This document shows positions 38,072 to 51,287 of a DNA stretch of 64,000 nucleotides, in pieces. This stretch comes from Paraphysomonas bandaiensis (taxonomy: Eukaryota > Protista > Chrysophyceae). Within the stretch, counting starts at the first letter, position 1; every line of letters starts with the position of its first letter. The DNA is taken from NCBI GenBank assembly GCA_965644295.1, contig CBFFRP010000429.1, forward strand, positions 1-64,000, given 5' to 3'. The notes beneath the pieces were generated by a model that searched no databases, had not been told where the DNA came from, and saw only the letters and a list, made by a program, of their open reading frames with translations. The translations under genes and the position numbers were made by a program.

Positions 38072-40380
38072 ATGGATTCCGAAGTAGCATCGAGGTGGGC
38101 TGTGTATGTGTATGTATACAGATCTCTATTAACAGAAACATAGAAAAATATTTATAGGCGGATTAAGTTACGGCACAGATGATGGTAATGAATGTCATAA
38201 TATCACTGTGAGATAAATAATCATGAGGATATTATCAGATAAACTGCGACAGTACTTTGAGTCATTTGGTGCGGTACAGGATGCTGTTGTCATGAAGGAT
38301 CCTGTATCTAGAAGATCACGAGGATTCGGCTTTATCACTTTCGAGCACTCCTCTTATGTTGATAATGTTTTAGCGCAAGACGTACATACGATTGATTCTA
38401 GAAAAGTATGTACATGCGACTTGGGTCTTACTGGTGTTACATTGTCGGGAATATAGGTTGAAGCCAAGCGTGCAGTTCCACGAAATGAAGTGCCGCGTGA
38501 AAGCCCCCCAACTAAACCTTCGTCGTCTAATAATTCCTCTCCAGCAGTTATTAGTAATTCCGTTAACAGTGCTCCTACTGTCTCCAGTGGTGGTAGTAGT
38601 GATGAGTTTGCGTACTGCAAAATATTTGTCGGGGGGCTGCATTATGATACTCGAGATGGTACACCGAACCTTGTGTCGCTTCAAAACGTTTAAACTATTT
38701 TCCCTATATTTGTAGGCGAATTCCGAAACTATTTTGAAAAGTACGGCAAGGTACTTTCTGCAGAAGTGATGTTTAACAGGGAAACTCATAAGTCACGCGG
38801 CTTCGGATTTATTGTGTTCGAGTCGGAATCTGGAGTGGACAATGTTTGCGCCGTAAAAGAACACGTTATTGATGGTAAAATGGTGAGTTCTTTTAGCAGT
38901 GGCATGTATATGTAGTTGCCGCAATGGTGTGGATATATCGTAATACCTATTGCAGGTGGAGGTCAAACGTGCCGTTCCTAGGTCTAAAATTGGTTCGAAC
39001 AGCTCATCAAATAGTGGGTCTGGAAACGGGAAAGGTCATACAGTGTCTAATAGTGCAAAGAGTGGTACATCTGGTGTCGTGAAGCCGGCGTCTGCAGACA
39101 GTGTTCGGAAGCCATCTCTTAGCGGTGGAAATGGTCTGAATCCTCCCGCATCTCCTCAAAGCAGCAACACTAAGCCCCCCACTCCTAGTGGGTCATCTTC
39201 TGCAGCTCCAGGCCCTGCATCTCGCCGTGCAGCTGTGGGAACGGCGTCGTATGCAGCTGCTCTTAAGTCTGGAGCAAGTACGACCGGAACTTCTGCCGGT
39301 GATACATCGCCACGTACAATTGGCTCCCCAGGAGGCACGCACACCGAGCTTGACTCCTCGAAATCTTCGCCTTTAGTCACTGGTCAACAGATGCCCGTGC
39401 AGCCGTTGCTCCAACACCAAGAACAGTTTCCCCTCCCTACAAGTCCAATTGGAACAGGACCTGCGAACCGACATCGCTCTCACTCCGAGTCCTTCCTCAA
39501 TATGGCCCAAAAGCCCCAGCACCACTTTCAGCACCAGCAGCAACAGCAGTCGAATGTCAGCTTCATGGGTGCTCTTGGAGGGCCCTCTTTAGTTGGTCCT
39601 ATGCATCAACAACAGCAGCAACAGCCTATGCAGACACCGAACCAGCCAATGTACTACGATAATTACGGGTCCCACTTTCAACTACCTAATCTCAATCAGC
39701 AGCAGGGACACGATAGTTCCAGGAACGCATTCGGTATGCCAATGCAACAGGCTTCATCGGCCCCTGATTCAGGCATGTGGATGGGTGGCGGGGGGGATGG
39801 AGTCTACCGGTCGGATGTTGAGAGGTCATCATCACTAGGAGGGCTTGGTTGGATGCCTTCTTCATTTGCGAGCTCGCCACCAGACACAAGAAGATGTTTA
39901 TCCGACCTAGGACTGAATATGGGTTTTGGGGTTGATTCTGGTGGACTTTCCCAGCAGAGTGATTCGGGCGACTTGCATGGTCTAGTCCCTCCCCCTAATC
40001 CTTCTGCATGGGCATCCATGGTAGATGTTGGCAGTGGCTTTGGGGGAATGCAAGGTAATTCCGGGTTCCAGCAGCAGGGACAGAACCAGCCACCCTTTGG
40101 TAGTCCTCCACAGCAGTCGCAACACTCACTTCATGAGGGATCTCCTTTCCGTGCTGAGTCCTCAGATGTTAGCAGGCATAGCAATGCCCTTGGGGGGTCT
40201 GGAGACTTTGATTACAGTGGCCTCTCCCCACAACGAACACACAGTGGGAGCTTTGGCAACTCCAGTAGTATCCTGGGTAACGATGATGATAATGAATACA
40301 ATCTACAGGAGCTTCGGCTTCAGGCGTCAGAGTTTGTACCCAATAGCAGTGGCAACCACTCGAATCCTTGGGGAAGATAG
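38072..40380 (+). CDS. Musashi/hnRNP A1/DAZAP1-like protein with two RRMs and a long low-complexity tail ending in a PAM2-like motif
   Basis: KIFIGGL, RSRGFGFITF, KIFVGGL, KSRGFGFIVF, VEVKRAVPR; S/G/Q-rich tail; LRLQASEFVP. Confidence 0.92.
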
Positions 40381-41303
40381 ACCAACGTGCAATCTGTTAC
40401 CCTGAAGCAGCTATGTAGCGTTGTATAGGTCATGCAAGAAATTGGGTGAAGTGCTGTTGGTTGTCAATGTCAGTTTAGTGCTCAGTTGTGTTGTAGAAAT
40501 GCGTGCACAGTGTTGTTATGCCAATGTAACGGCAATTTCTCATATGCAAGGATGAAGGGTGAAGTGGTAGATCTAGTATAATATGTTAGTCACGGCGCCA
40601 TGGCGTTTGTAGGAAGAAATCCATTTATAGCAATTCAGCGCTGCAGGGCATATTATTTGTCACTTTTGCAGCTGCTTGTAATAAAAGAAGTAATATTTAA
40701 AAATCGGCAAAATATAGGATGTACGATGTACTTCTAGCGATGCTAATATTGGTATTTCTAATATCTGATATCTGGATGGTTCTCTTGATAGAACTTCTAG
40801 CAGTACAATGAGTAATATCCAGTTGTCATAAGGCAAAGTTTTTATACCAACAACTATACGGTTACTATATTATTTATTGTCACATTGTACTTACATCAAA
40901 GTAACATCATTGTCATTGGATATGTGAATTGCCAGTATAACTTATGTGATTTACAACATAGCAAGTGATAAATGCTGACACATGGATTACAGAGTACATT
41001 CATCGTTGACAGCATAGAAAGCTCAACACCACCGCTACTATATTGCATGTCTAATGATTAGAGAAAACAAAGTGAAATACATATATATCTCGCAAGAAAT
41101 TTCTGGTTATATTCATTATGAAATGAGGTGCATTAGCACACTGAACGCACCAGAATATAAACCTCATACAGCCAAAACAGATAAACCAGGATATTAACGT
41201 AAAGACAAAGAGCACAAACTGAAACGGCAATAAACATATGCCGTGAAAAATAAGCAAATATCTAACCATAGATTGGCGTCATTATTTGCTGTAATAACTT
41301 CTG

Positions 41304-42314
41304 TCATATATTAGCCACTATAGGTTCCACGGTGAGGTCGTTGGAATCATCCACATCAAATCTGTAAGGTGAATCTGCACACCTGTCAGAATCCGTTCCG
41401 TATGAACTTGTTGTTTCCACGCACGTAATTGGTTGGGGTTTAGAAACAATGTGAGTGGAGACATCAATGTCTTGTCCCATTACAAGAATTTTGCAAATAG
41501 ACATATGGTGAAATAATGCCAAATACACACAATAGACCATCCCTGTTCCCCCAAAGAGAATGACATTGACCAATAAGACATGCTTTCCCATATATCTATA
41601 CGCCCCAGCACCACCCAAGCCTCCAATGAAGTAGCTGATAAACATGGGTAACATCACAGCCAATTTCCAAGAATCTTCATGACGTCCCTTTAGGATGCGT
41701 CCCAAAACTATTCCAATGTCCGTGGCGGTACCTGTCATGTGTGTAGTTCGGAGAATGTTACCACTGTATTTAGTAGTCATAGCATTCTGCATGCCACAGG
41801 CTATCGCTGCAAAATATGCATATGCCTTGCTATCTTCCCCCTTATTCTCGTAAACCTCAAGCATGTATGCTATTATCAGTAGGGATGTAGCAATTCCGAA
41901 TACACGGTTGTAAGATCTGCCCAAGTGAAACGTCTGTTTCGAAATCAGAACAGCGGAAACAAGACTACCAGCAATAAACGAAAGTATTAACCCCAATAAC
42001 TCCGCAAATTTGACGTAGTGACCATTCTCAAGGAAAATAGACGCCTTAGTGAGAGCGCCAGTGACGTGTGACACTGTAACACTGTTGATGAGCAGTGTCG
42101 CCGAATTAATAAACCCAGCATTGAATGAGAGCAAGGATCCACCGATAATGATGGCGAGGAAGTCCTTAGTGTCCCTCTGGTGCAGCGGAGTCACAGGAAG
42201 AGTATCGAAAGAGGGTCTGCGTATAGTGCTTAATGCGGCCTGAATGCGGCCTGATTTGGTCCGCACCACACGTTGGGCTGAGCCTGATGCAACGGGCTTG
42301 TTATCGTCTGCCAT
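41304..42314 (-). CDS. YoaK/DUF1275 family membrane protein, intronless
   Basis: LSFNAGFINS, VSHVTG, ACGMQNA, LRTTHMTGTATDIG; multiple TM helices. Confidence 0.88.
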   Translation of the reverse strand: MADDNKPVASGSAQRVVRTKSGRIQAALSTIRRPSFDTLPVTPLHQRDTKDFLAIIIGGSLLSFNAGFINSATLLINSVTVSHVTGALTKASIFLENGHYVKFAELLGLILSFIAGSLVSAVLISKQTFHLGRSYNRVFGIATSLLIIAYMLEVYENKGEDSKAYAYFAAIACGMQNAMTTKYSGNILRTTHMTGTATDIGIVLGRILKGRHEDSWKLAVMLPMFISYFIGGLGGAGAYRYMGKHVLLVNVILFGGTGMVYCVYLALFHHMSICKILVMGQDIDVSTHIVSKPQPITCVETTSSYGTDSDRCADSPYRFDVDDSNDLTVEPIVANI

Positions 42315-43914
42315 ATGAACCGCCTACTTCTCCATGATATGGTTCAGGTCAGTGGTAGATATGCAAAGATACTCAGCAGCCGACAAGCTGAGCGAGTATT
42401 GTCGACGTACGATCAACATGCAGACAAAAATGGGAAATATACAGCGAGAATACGGAGCGGTCTATTGTATACGGTATACAGTATATACATGTACAGGTAT
42501 TAGAAATATAGGATTTCTATATTTTTCTAGGAGTTTTTGCTCACTAGAACCTAAAAAACTCCAGTGCTGACATGATGAGAGGCGGTCACGTTGAACTCGT
42601 ATCGGCATCCTTTGTATATTTTTGTTCAATATTGAGATGCCTCTAATATTGAGATAACAATTATCTGTATTTCTGCCGTAGTTGTATTGCAGTAATATAG
42701 AGTATATTTGATTCAATTTATTTCCGAAAAATAACATGCTGACTGCCGATACTACTGGAGCTACAAGGACACACAGATGGAAACTTAGAGGTGCAATAAA
42801 CCAGAGTGTACTCCATATCCATGCATGAGAGGTTATGACTGTGAGAGGGCACTAACATATCAATGAAGGACACGGCCCTGTGTAGAGACAACATTCAGCG
42901 CATGTCCAGACCGAAGTGGCCCAGGTTAAATGCGCTAGCCATTCTTCCCAACGGAGGGAAAGGGTAGAAATGACTCACCTCCGGCGTGGATAAGGCTACA
43001 GGAATCTTACTTCAGTGCGAAGCCACTTGGTGGGAAAGAGATATAGTGACAACATTAACACGCAGTGTACTATACACCTACTTACGGACATCGGTATATG
43101 TAACAGCAGTACGATTCATACTTGCAACTCCGAAATGGCGATATTAATACACAACATAGTATAGACTTATAGACGTGTCTACATTGATATGTAATATGTA
43201 CCTTTATGCGTACAGTGTATACAGTGCCATATGACTCGAATGACAATATTACTATACAGTATAGTATGAAGGCCGATGAACGCATACATATTCTATTTCA
43301 ATAGCATTAACACAAACATAGTTTTGTAATCATATGTCATATGATGTATTTCGGATAGAATACTAAAAGTAGATAACTGAAGTATATGAATATGAAAGCA
43401 ATTCTTTGCCAAAGAGTTACGAGCAACAATTACAGTGACGGAAAATGAATAGTCTCTTGTCTACATGTCTATAGTCTACATGCCTTTTAGCAGTTACTAA
43501 TTATCAAAGTAAAATCTATTGGCTGCAATGAGAATTGTATCGATACGATTGTAGTTTCTTATCCATGTTAATATTACCGTATCTCCCAGAAGCCCACGTA
43601 TGGTTGATACTATACTAGTACTCAGCGTGCTATTACTTAATTGTTATGAGTAACTGTTGGTGGATATTGTTATTTGTACGTGGAGTCATACATTCTAACT
43701 CTATAAAACAAGACAGAAATAAATATCGTAATACCACAATATTCACTATGACTTCGTCGAAATTGCATTTAATTATGTACCAAAGAAACCCTATACACTG
43801 CGTCTACGCTATGCCCATTAACAGAGTTAAACAAAGTCGAGCGTCATGACAAAGCATTATTTTTTCTATACATATAGCGTCTTTGTCACTTATCATATGC
43901 AGTACAGAGCTCAA

Positions 43915-45296
43915 TCAAATGCATGGCTGAAGAAACTTCTTGGCTCGTTCAGCGTGTAAGCGAAGTCTGTCATCTCTCATCGTGTCCACACTGCGCATCC
44001 ACGAAGAGGCTTGATCTACTCCAACGGCGTCGACAATTGTCGGTGCTTGGCCCTCTGAAAGGTTTGCCAACATACGTGCGCACTCTCTCCTCATTTCAGT
44101 GCAACTGTAAGATCCATCTCGTGTGAGTTCCAGTAGGTCTGTAAGGAATGCACTGTCCGCAACCAGCTGCTCCCGACAACACAATGAGGCCGAAAGATTG
44201 GCCAGTGCACACAGAGCATGCTGATTACAGTACTGATAGTCTTCTTTGATAAGACCTACGAGGGCCACTACGCAACCAGAGTCACTCATTAATGGGTGCA
44301 AATCCATCTGTGATGAAAGATCACAAAGGATCTTTGCGCTCTCTGTCCGTGAGTCCATCATACTGCACTTCGCCATTGCAATAATAGGTCGTAGAGCCTC
44401 CAAAGCTTCGTCTTGCAAAAGGGGCTCCATTGGTGGAAGCGGCATGTACCAACCATCAGGATCAGACGCTGGGGAAGGGGGTGAGGCTGGAGTCGCTTTT
44501 AGGGCACGTTTCAAACTACTAAATACATTGTTGAATGCCATTCCATCACCCTGCGTCATTGGTATTTATCACATATGAAAATACGAAGGAAAGGTGACAT
44601 TGAAAATGAAAATTACAAACTGCAAGTATAGGCAAAATGTCAAAACCGCCATATTAACAAACATACCGACAAACGATTGGCGTGAACCAAGAAGGCTTCA
44701 CTATCCTTGTACAAAGATATCTCTAATTCACACCTGACTGCACCATAGAGATAGACAGCGTTCCACTAGAAATAAGGGGTCCATTACAGTCGAAATTTTG
44801 TATGAAAAAAACTCACCGTCAACTTTTCAGTGTCGAAAGAAAACGTTACTTCGTGGATTGCTGCCAGCTGAATATTAATCCGCGCAATAACCTCATCCAA
44901 CGCCAGATTACATATTATATGTGATGGACCCACATAACGAGGCTTATCAGGAATATTAACGGCCGGTTTCAGCGTCTCACCATGAAGGAGTGAACCTAAG
45001 ATGACATCGCTACCTTCAACTTTATTTCTCGGTAACTGTGACTCCTTCTGCGGCACATGCCCTACTGACTGTAGTGGTTCACTTAAATTCGAAGAAGGAA
45101 ACTGAGTGGAGCGTGATACTGCAATAGAGCGATATTGAGGTTCCATATCATGCCCATAATACATGCTCCGGTCCTGTGCATGGGGCATGCCATGGCCGCG
45201 ATCTAACCCGCCGCTCTCTGGTATATCAAAATCACTAAACTCTCCGAATGTTATTCTTTCGCTTTTTTGGTTCCCACCACTTTTCTGTCCGCTCAT
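43915..45296 (-). CDS. KA1-like domain + Armadillo-repeat protein, 3 exons
   Basis: Middle: LDEVIARI..CELEISLYK..FLVHANRLS|GDGMAFNNVF (KA1-like). C-terminus: ESAKILCDLS, HALCALANLS, RRECARMLANLS (ARM-like). Confidence 0.65.
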
Positions 45297-46140
45297 AGTA
45301 ATGTTTGTTTGTAATTAGCTCAGAGAGTACCTGCAACAACTACAGATATTCATCAATCAACTACCGCGATACGCTACTATCAGAATAAACTATTATTCAA
45401 ATGCTATGTTACTTGTATATATATACTCCCACTTAAATATTCTGATGACTGTCAATGGGGAATATAATTATCTTGGTGGTTAGGAATATACATACATATC
45501 GCCATTGCAATTGACTATACAGCGTCCCTCGTAATTAGAAGGCGATGTTTTCCCCTCATTATCATAAGAAAGCCGGAGTTTTAGGCATCTTTCCCTATGA
45601 GAAAGTATCTTGAACCGCAAAAAAACTGAAATTTTCGGGTCAAGAAAGTTCATGGAAATAATTGACCATATGTGATTGGTTTAGAATTGAGCGACATCCA
45701 GATGTCTACCCGCTGATTGGCTAATTATCAACTAGAGAGGAGATGACATGATATCCATTCATAAGCATCATCAGCACGAAGGCTTCTACTTGAAGCTATA
45801 GAAACCCTTAATATTTTCGACGAAAATACACCGCAACATAAACACCAACCCCGATAGGAATTCCAAATGAATAGGAATGTATCTCATACAGTGTACTACG
45901 ACAGTGAATACACAGGTACAGGCAGAGGTGTAGTCCGAGTCTGTGCATAGATAGAACTCAGAGGTGTTGTTCAAGACAAGATACACACACATAGTAGTAG
46001 AAAACATATGTTTATACGTCACGAGTAGACCGTGATAATAATACACGTCTGCGTGTAGTGGCTATGTATATTTCTGGTTCGAATAGGGTGACAATATCTT
46101 TAGACTCTGAACAGCATCAGCGTATGGTGATATCTAGCAC

Positions 46141-46825
46141 ATGGAAGTTGAGAGTGGACGCATATTGAGGGGATCATACCAGGCTATCGACACACAGAAT
46201 TACTCTGATCATGCTGAGCAGGTGGATGTAAGTCAGAAGCGGGATCCTACATTTTCTTGGGCAGCTATTTTGACTGCATCGTTTGGAGTTGCTCTGCTGT
46301 TAGTTATTCTTATCCAGAATACTTTTTTATCGGCGAACCAATTAGAAAAGTCAGAAAATTTGTCTTACTGTAAGACCATATGTAGTGATCCATGTACCTC
46401 TTATACGGTATGTTGGGTATTGTGCGCAGTGCTCATGGGTGATTTTCTTGCTGTAGAGTGCATATGGTGAGCTGTGCTGTGAATGGGTGTATGGTGACGG
46501 CAAAGGAAAAACCTGTACTCAGATGATTTCCGAAGAAGGAATTTGCTACTGTCCGAATGCAGTTTCGGGATCGTTAGATCACAGAATCCCTCCTACTGAA
46601 GAACCAACTGTGGTTGATGACTGGCAGCCATTTCCTGGATTCGATCCTATACCATGGATTCCTCTACCTCCCATAGAGGTGCCACCTGATGCTGTACCTT
46701 GTAAAAAACACTGCAGCAACCCTTGTGCGCATGCGAAGGTAGATCATGTTAACTATTGTTGCGACAATGACGATACTGGAAGCTGTGGGACGACAATTGT
46801 CGATGGCAAGTGTTATTGTACATAG
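46141..46825 (+). CDS. Single-TM protein with two 8-cysteine modules separated by a Pro-rich linker, 2 exons
   Basis: A GT-AG intron at about 46408-46456 joins ORF 46141 to ORF 46487. TM segment AAILTASFGVALLLVILI. Modules CKTICSDPC..CC..C..CYC and CKKHCSNPC..CC..C..CYC. Confidence 0.75.
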
Positions 46826-47793
46826 GTACAAATATATTGCAGTTCATTTCGTTACGAGAAGTTTAAGCTAACTAACCTGTTTTGTATGGTCCGCGTGAAA
46901 TATTGGCTTTGTTGTAGCGGTCAGATAAAATTTGCCGGAGCACTCACCGTCATATCTGTAATAAAAAGTGGAAAAGCTAGTCGAAAATTGAATGTTCTAA
47001 TCTAAAAGTGCAATATTGTTGCGGCAATAGTTCGTAGTTAGCTAGTGTTTGGTATAGCAGCACCCGTGCAATTACGTCTCTATGTTGTATGAGCACATTG
47101 GATTATAAAATAATAATAGACTGTTGTGCAAAAAACAGAACTCTTTCATTTTGAATCACATACATAGACTCATACTTGAAGATCTTGCTGATACACATAC
47201 AGACAAACTATTTACATCTTTTCATGTCTCTAAGACCTATAGCCTATGATATATACACTTTTTCCTTTACTATCCCTGAAATATACAATGAATATGCCGT
47301 GCTATCGACAAACTCAGCTAGAAATTGAAATATCAAAGAGTCACTCTATGATACAAACTCCTCCAACAGACACCCCACCTTCTGCTATCTTTGGCCCCAT
47401 GCAATCACCTCACTCTATGATACTAACCTCCTCATGTAATATCGACAAGATATGCGGAGGATACAAGCAAGACGTACTGCAGTATCCATATACGTACGTA
47501 GTGTTGGAGTGGTACTCAATTCTTTTCTAGTACCTACGGCGGTATATGCATACCCGTATACATCTACTACAGTCGGTATACATGTACAGAGATATGCGCA
47601 TCATCATACTGCACATATACGGCAGTGTATGTATGTGTCTACGTCTATGCGCGTATACGTACAGAGTGTGCATTGCATGCAGCTCATAACATGCATGCCC
47701 CACTATATATACATACATATATACATCCATACATACATACATCCATAGCAGACACACAAGAGCACCTCATCCTGTAAGCACCAATACATACCC

Positions 47794-49921
47794 ATGGATA
47801 TATCATCTATGTGTGAGACGCTGATACAGCACGGCAAGAGCGCAGTGTCCCCCTCTGATAGCGACAGCCGTATGAAGAGTTATCGTCTGTCCGCTTTGGG
47901 TCTCATATCTCTCAAAAAACTCAATAGAATGAAACTAATGGAGCTAGATGCGAAGAAGAAAGAGGTGGAGGGACATAGAGAAAGGGCAGGGAAGGCTCAG
48001 TTAAGGCTTGAGAACTTGTTGTATAAAGAGGCTCATTTGTTGCGAGAGATTCAAATATGTAAAGAGTTCTCATGTAATGAGCTCTCAGCTGTCGAATCAG
48101 AGTTAGAGTGCAGTATTGCTGTAGACAGCTACTCTCAGGACCTCTCTGCACTTCATAAGAATTCTTTACAAAAGCTAAAGGCTGAATTACAAGAGAGAAA
48201 AGATGCGCGGGATACTTTAAAACAGAGACAAGAAGAGCGGTCACAACTTGTGGATGCGCTTCAAAAGAAGAGAAAGCTTCTCGAAGAGTTTCCTGAGAGA
48301 GTTAAAGTTCTCAAAGAGGCAGCTAGCGGATTGAGCGAGTTTATTGGCTCTGAAGATACTGGGGCACTGGATGGAAGTATCGAACTTTCTAGGAACCTAC
48401 CTACACCGCTCTATGTATTGTTTCGCAGTGCATTTTCGATGACAACCATAGGATCCCAGAGCTCTGTATCTGCAGTAAATATTACTCCTTTACGTGAGGA
48501 CACTGGTGTACAAGTATCTGTTGATGGGGCGTGGGCGGTTGATATAACTGTCACTACCTGTATCAGTGATAGCTCCGACACTAATAACGCAGCATCATGT
48601 ACTCTACGCTTTACTCACTCAGAGCGTAATGGCCTAGTGGGCGTTACTGTGCTGACTTTAGACATTAAAGATGGAAATAAATCTGTTCCTCTTCCTTTTA
48701 CGTGTTTATCAGCCTGTCTGTTCCCTTCGGGTATGGGTGTTGGCCAAGCTATTCATGAGGAAAGTCGCGATGGGGACGATGGTATACCATATGTATGGGC
48801 GCAATGGATTTGTGGGCTCAGAAGGGTACCAGATATTGCTCCTGACATTGAGTCACCCAATACGATGAGTTTAGACCAGATATGTTCATTGGTATGCTGC
48901 TTGCTCCATTATCTCCTGTATGTGCTCTTTTGTGCGATGTCTGTCTCATGTCGTACCCTACAAAAAAATGTATAGTATTTCGAACACTAAATATGAGTGT
49001 ATACAGGTGTGTTCCCGTCTTCGGTCGATATGGACTGTCACACGTATTATATCTTCCGTCAAGCCACCGACCACTGTTACTGACCCAAGCGCTCCAATTG
49101 TTCCTCTCCCTGCCCCGCTGTTGGCGTATTACGAAGCTTTAACTGGAAGTTTTCAATCACTTGTGGGCGTAAAGGCCAGTCTAAAGAATTTGGTTGTGTC
49201 TGATCCCCCCAGTGATGATCCATTTCAGAGCTACCCCATATGTGAAGAAGGTATCATATAACCCAACAATCTATGTTCGGACGGTCATATGACGTGTATG
49301 ACAGGTTCTGATGCAAGTATTGACGAAAGTGCTAATAGATCTGGTGTTGTTGGCCTTGCACGGAGACAGGGAGTTAACAATCGGTCATCTGATAAACGTC
49401 AACAGAACGTATACATGAAGGCCTCTATTCAATTGGAAGGAGTGCAAGATAGTATCCCTTCAACGGCTGTAAATGTTCTTATAGAGATATCTCCGGAGTA
49501 TCCCCTGGTCCCCCCACAGGTGTTGCTCTCGTCGCGCAAGCAGACCGGTACTGCTGTGAATGCTACACTAAGACAGTTAGAACAAGAGATCAATGCAGGT
49601 ATATATATCTCTGTGCCGAGTGTCCTATTCGATACACTAAATACAAAATTCCATGTAGGATGTGTAAACTTCATGGATATATTGGGCGATCCGGATCTGA
49701 CGCCGGCGTTATCTTCTGCCTTATCAAGTGCAATGAAAAATTCGGAATCTTTGGAACAAGCTATGAACGGAATATTGGCTCTACAGTTATCTCTTATGTT
49801 GAGAATGCTCTCTCAGGTGTATGCAACACATCACTCAGAGATAAAATGGAGACAAATAAACGGAAACAATACTGTGAAATCTAAATTTTCTAATTTCTAC
49901 GGTAGAAAGTTTTGTGTTTGA
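47794..49921 (+). CDS. THOC5: THO complex subunit 5 (FMIP)
   Basis: LKKLNR..QLRLENLLYKEAHLLREIQICKEF..H...L..L..EL.ERK, NLPTPLYVLF, PYVWAQWICG, ISPEYPLVPP. Confidence 0.88.
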
Positions 49922-50127
49922 AATTTAGTTAGATATTTCAGGAGAGTTAATACTCAGTGAATAATGAATAATAAATAGTGAGTGTTTTAATTTTCGACGC
50001 CTAAATGTGTGGTAGGATTGCCGAATTGTTCTACTGTTCATCTTAAGGACTGAGAAATATGAAGTCAGCAGATGCCAGGTATATCAATATTCTGCTTGAT
50101 CATTGCGTTTGCTTTGAGTGATAGAGC

Positions 50128-50294
50128 GAATGTGGTTGCACGTTGGTTCTTGCGGTGACGCACAAGCAGCTTTCGTAGCGTTAAATAGTAGGATACTAGA
50201 ATTTAGCACTACTTAGGTAAATTGCTACAATGTTAAATTAGTTCTGACGTTCTGACTCTTACACGCCTAATGCTAATAATCAGACATTCACTAC
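50128..50294 (+). mobile_element. 3' UTR fragment of the non-LTR family, abutting an older repeat
   Basis: gtggttgcacgttggttcttgcggtgacgcacaagcagctttcgtagcgttaaatagtaggata...acgcctaatgctaataatcagacattcactac matches the reverse complement of 33370-33555. Confidence 0.88.
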
Positions 50295-50296
50295 TA

Positions 50297-50660
50297 ATTC
50301 GTCAGGGCCCAAAGACGTTTACACAAGTGGCACGTTTTTGTGTTCCTCTTGTAACACACAAACCTTTAGCTACGGGTGGCAGAAAATTGCGAGAAATGTC
50401 TAACCACCCCTCTTCATTTCCGTGAAATTTGGGCAACAGTGCTTGCATTCGGGGAAATAGGTAGCAATAATGAAGTGCTAGCAGCATATACAATAACTGT
50501 AGCAGCATATCCATCGTTGCGACATGAATCATTTCTGTTAGCAGAGCGGTTTGGCCACGCAGCAAGTAGCACGGGAGCATTCTTACTCTGCTTTAACTTC
50601 CCCATTAGAGGGTCTACTTGTCGAATGTGAGGTCTTCTGCCTTCATCAGGTTTTCTCACA
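50297..50660 (-). repeat. Decayed dispersed repeat homologous to 25.4-25.5 kb
   Basis: The reverse complement aaaggtttgtgtgttacaag..ccacttgtgtaaacgtctttgggccctgacgaat aligns with aaatgtttgtgtggtacaag..tcacttgtgtagtcgtctttgagccttgacgaat. The right boundary is uncertain. Confidence 0.55.
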
Positions 50661-51102
50661 TCTCTTTACTTTGTTCTCTTCTCTTGGCTACAGTTGAGCT
50701 CATTGACAGTAATATTAAGTCTTAAGCGTGACACCAAAAACAGCTGTAAATATTAAATATCTCTACTCTTGTAAGCGTTCATCGTTCAGGCGTCTCTCCT
50801 TATCAATATGATATATATGATATTATAAGAGAAGTGGTGTACATATATAGAGTATTGCAGAGCGAGCGATACTTTTATATTATACCCCCACAATGGATCT
50901 AAGTATTTTTTCCTACTCTAGACTCCATTTTTATATAAGAAGATAAGAAGTATCATAGAAATTTAAATAATGTTTTTAGTTCGGCTGTGGTATGTTATTG
51001 ATGACAATTTTATGAAGCGTATCACGGTATTAAACATCTGCGATGTCCTAAGTCGGATCTGGGCTCTACATATAGATTTTACATGATTTAAAGAAAATAT
51101 GT

Positions 51103-51287
51103 AGTTGAAGTGTAAACTTCGCTTCCGTAGTTTTCCTATCACATACGCACTACGTATTATGAATGAATGGATAGTATGTCACATGCATGCATATCCATTC
51201 ATTGTCATCACACATTGACATGTTTACATCAGTTGTCCTTAATATATAATATACCTTTTCTCCTCTAAAGTACTTCATACTTTAACT
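51103..51287 (+). repeat. 5' LTR
   Basis: AGTTGAAG...TTTAACT, direct repeat of 53599-53783. Confidence 0.95.

Noticed and set aside
41304-42314. YoaK gene as recent bacterial transfer
   Set aside because: The family also occurs in eukaryotes, the gene has eukaryote-like terminal extensions and host-like composition, and lack of introns alone is insufficient.
50140-50200. Helitron 3' end (hairpin followed by CTAG)
   Set aside because: CTAG is absent from the other copies, homology continues about 95 nt further, and the block lies downstream of a retrotransposon ORF.
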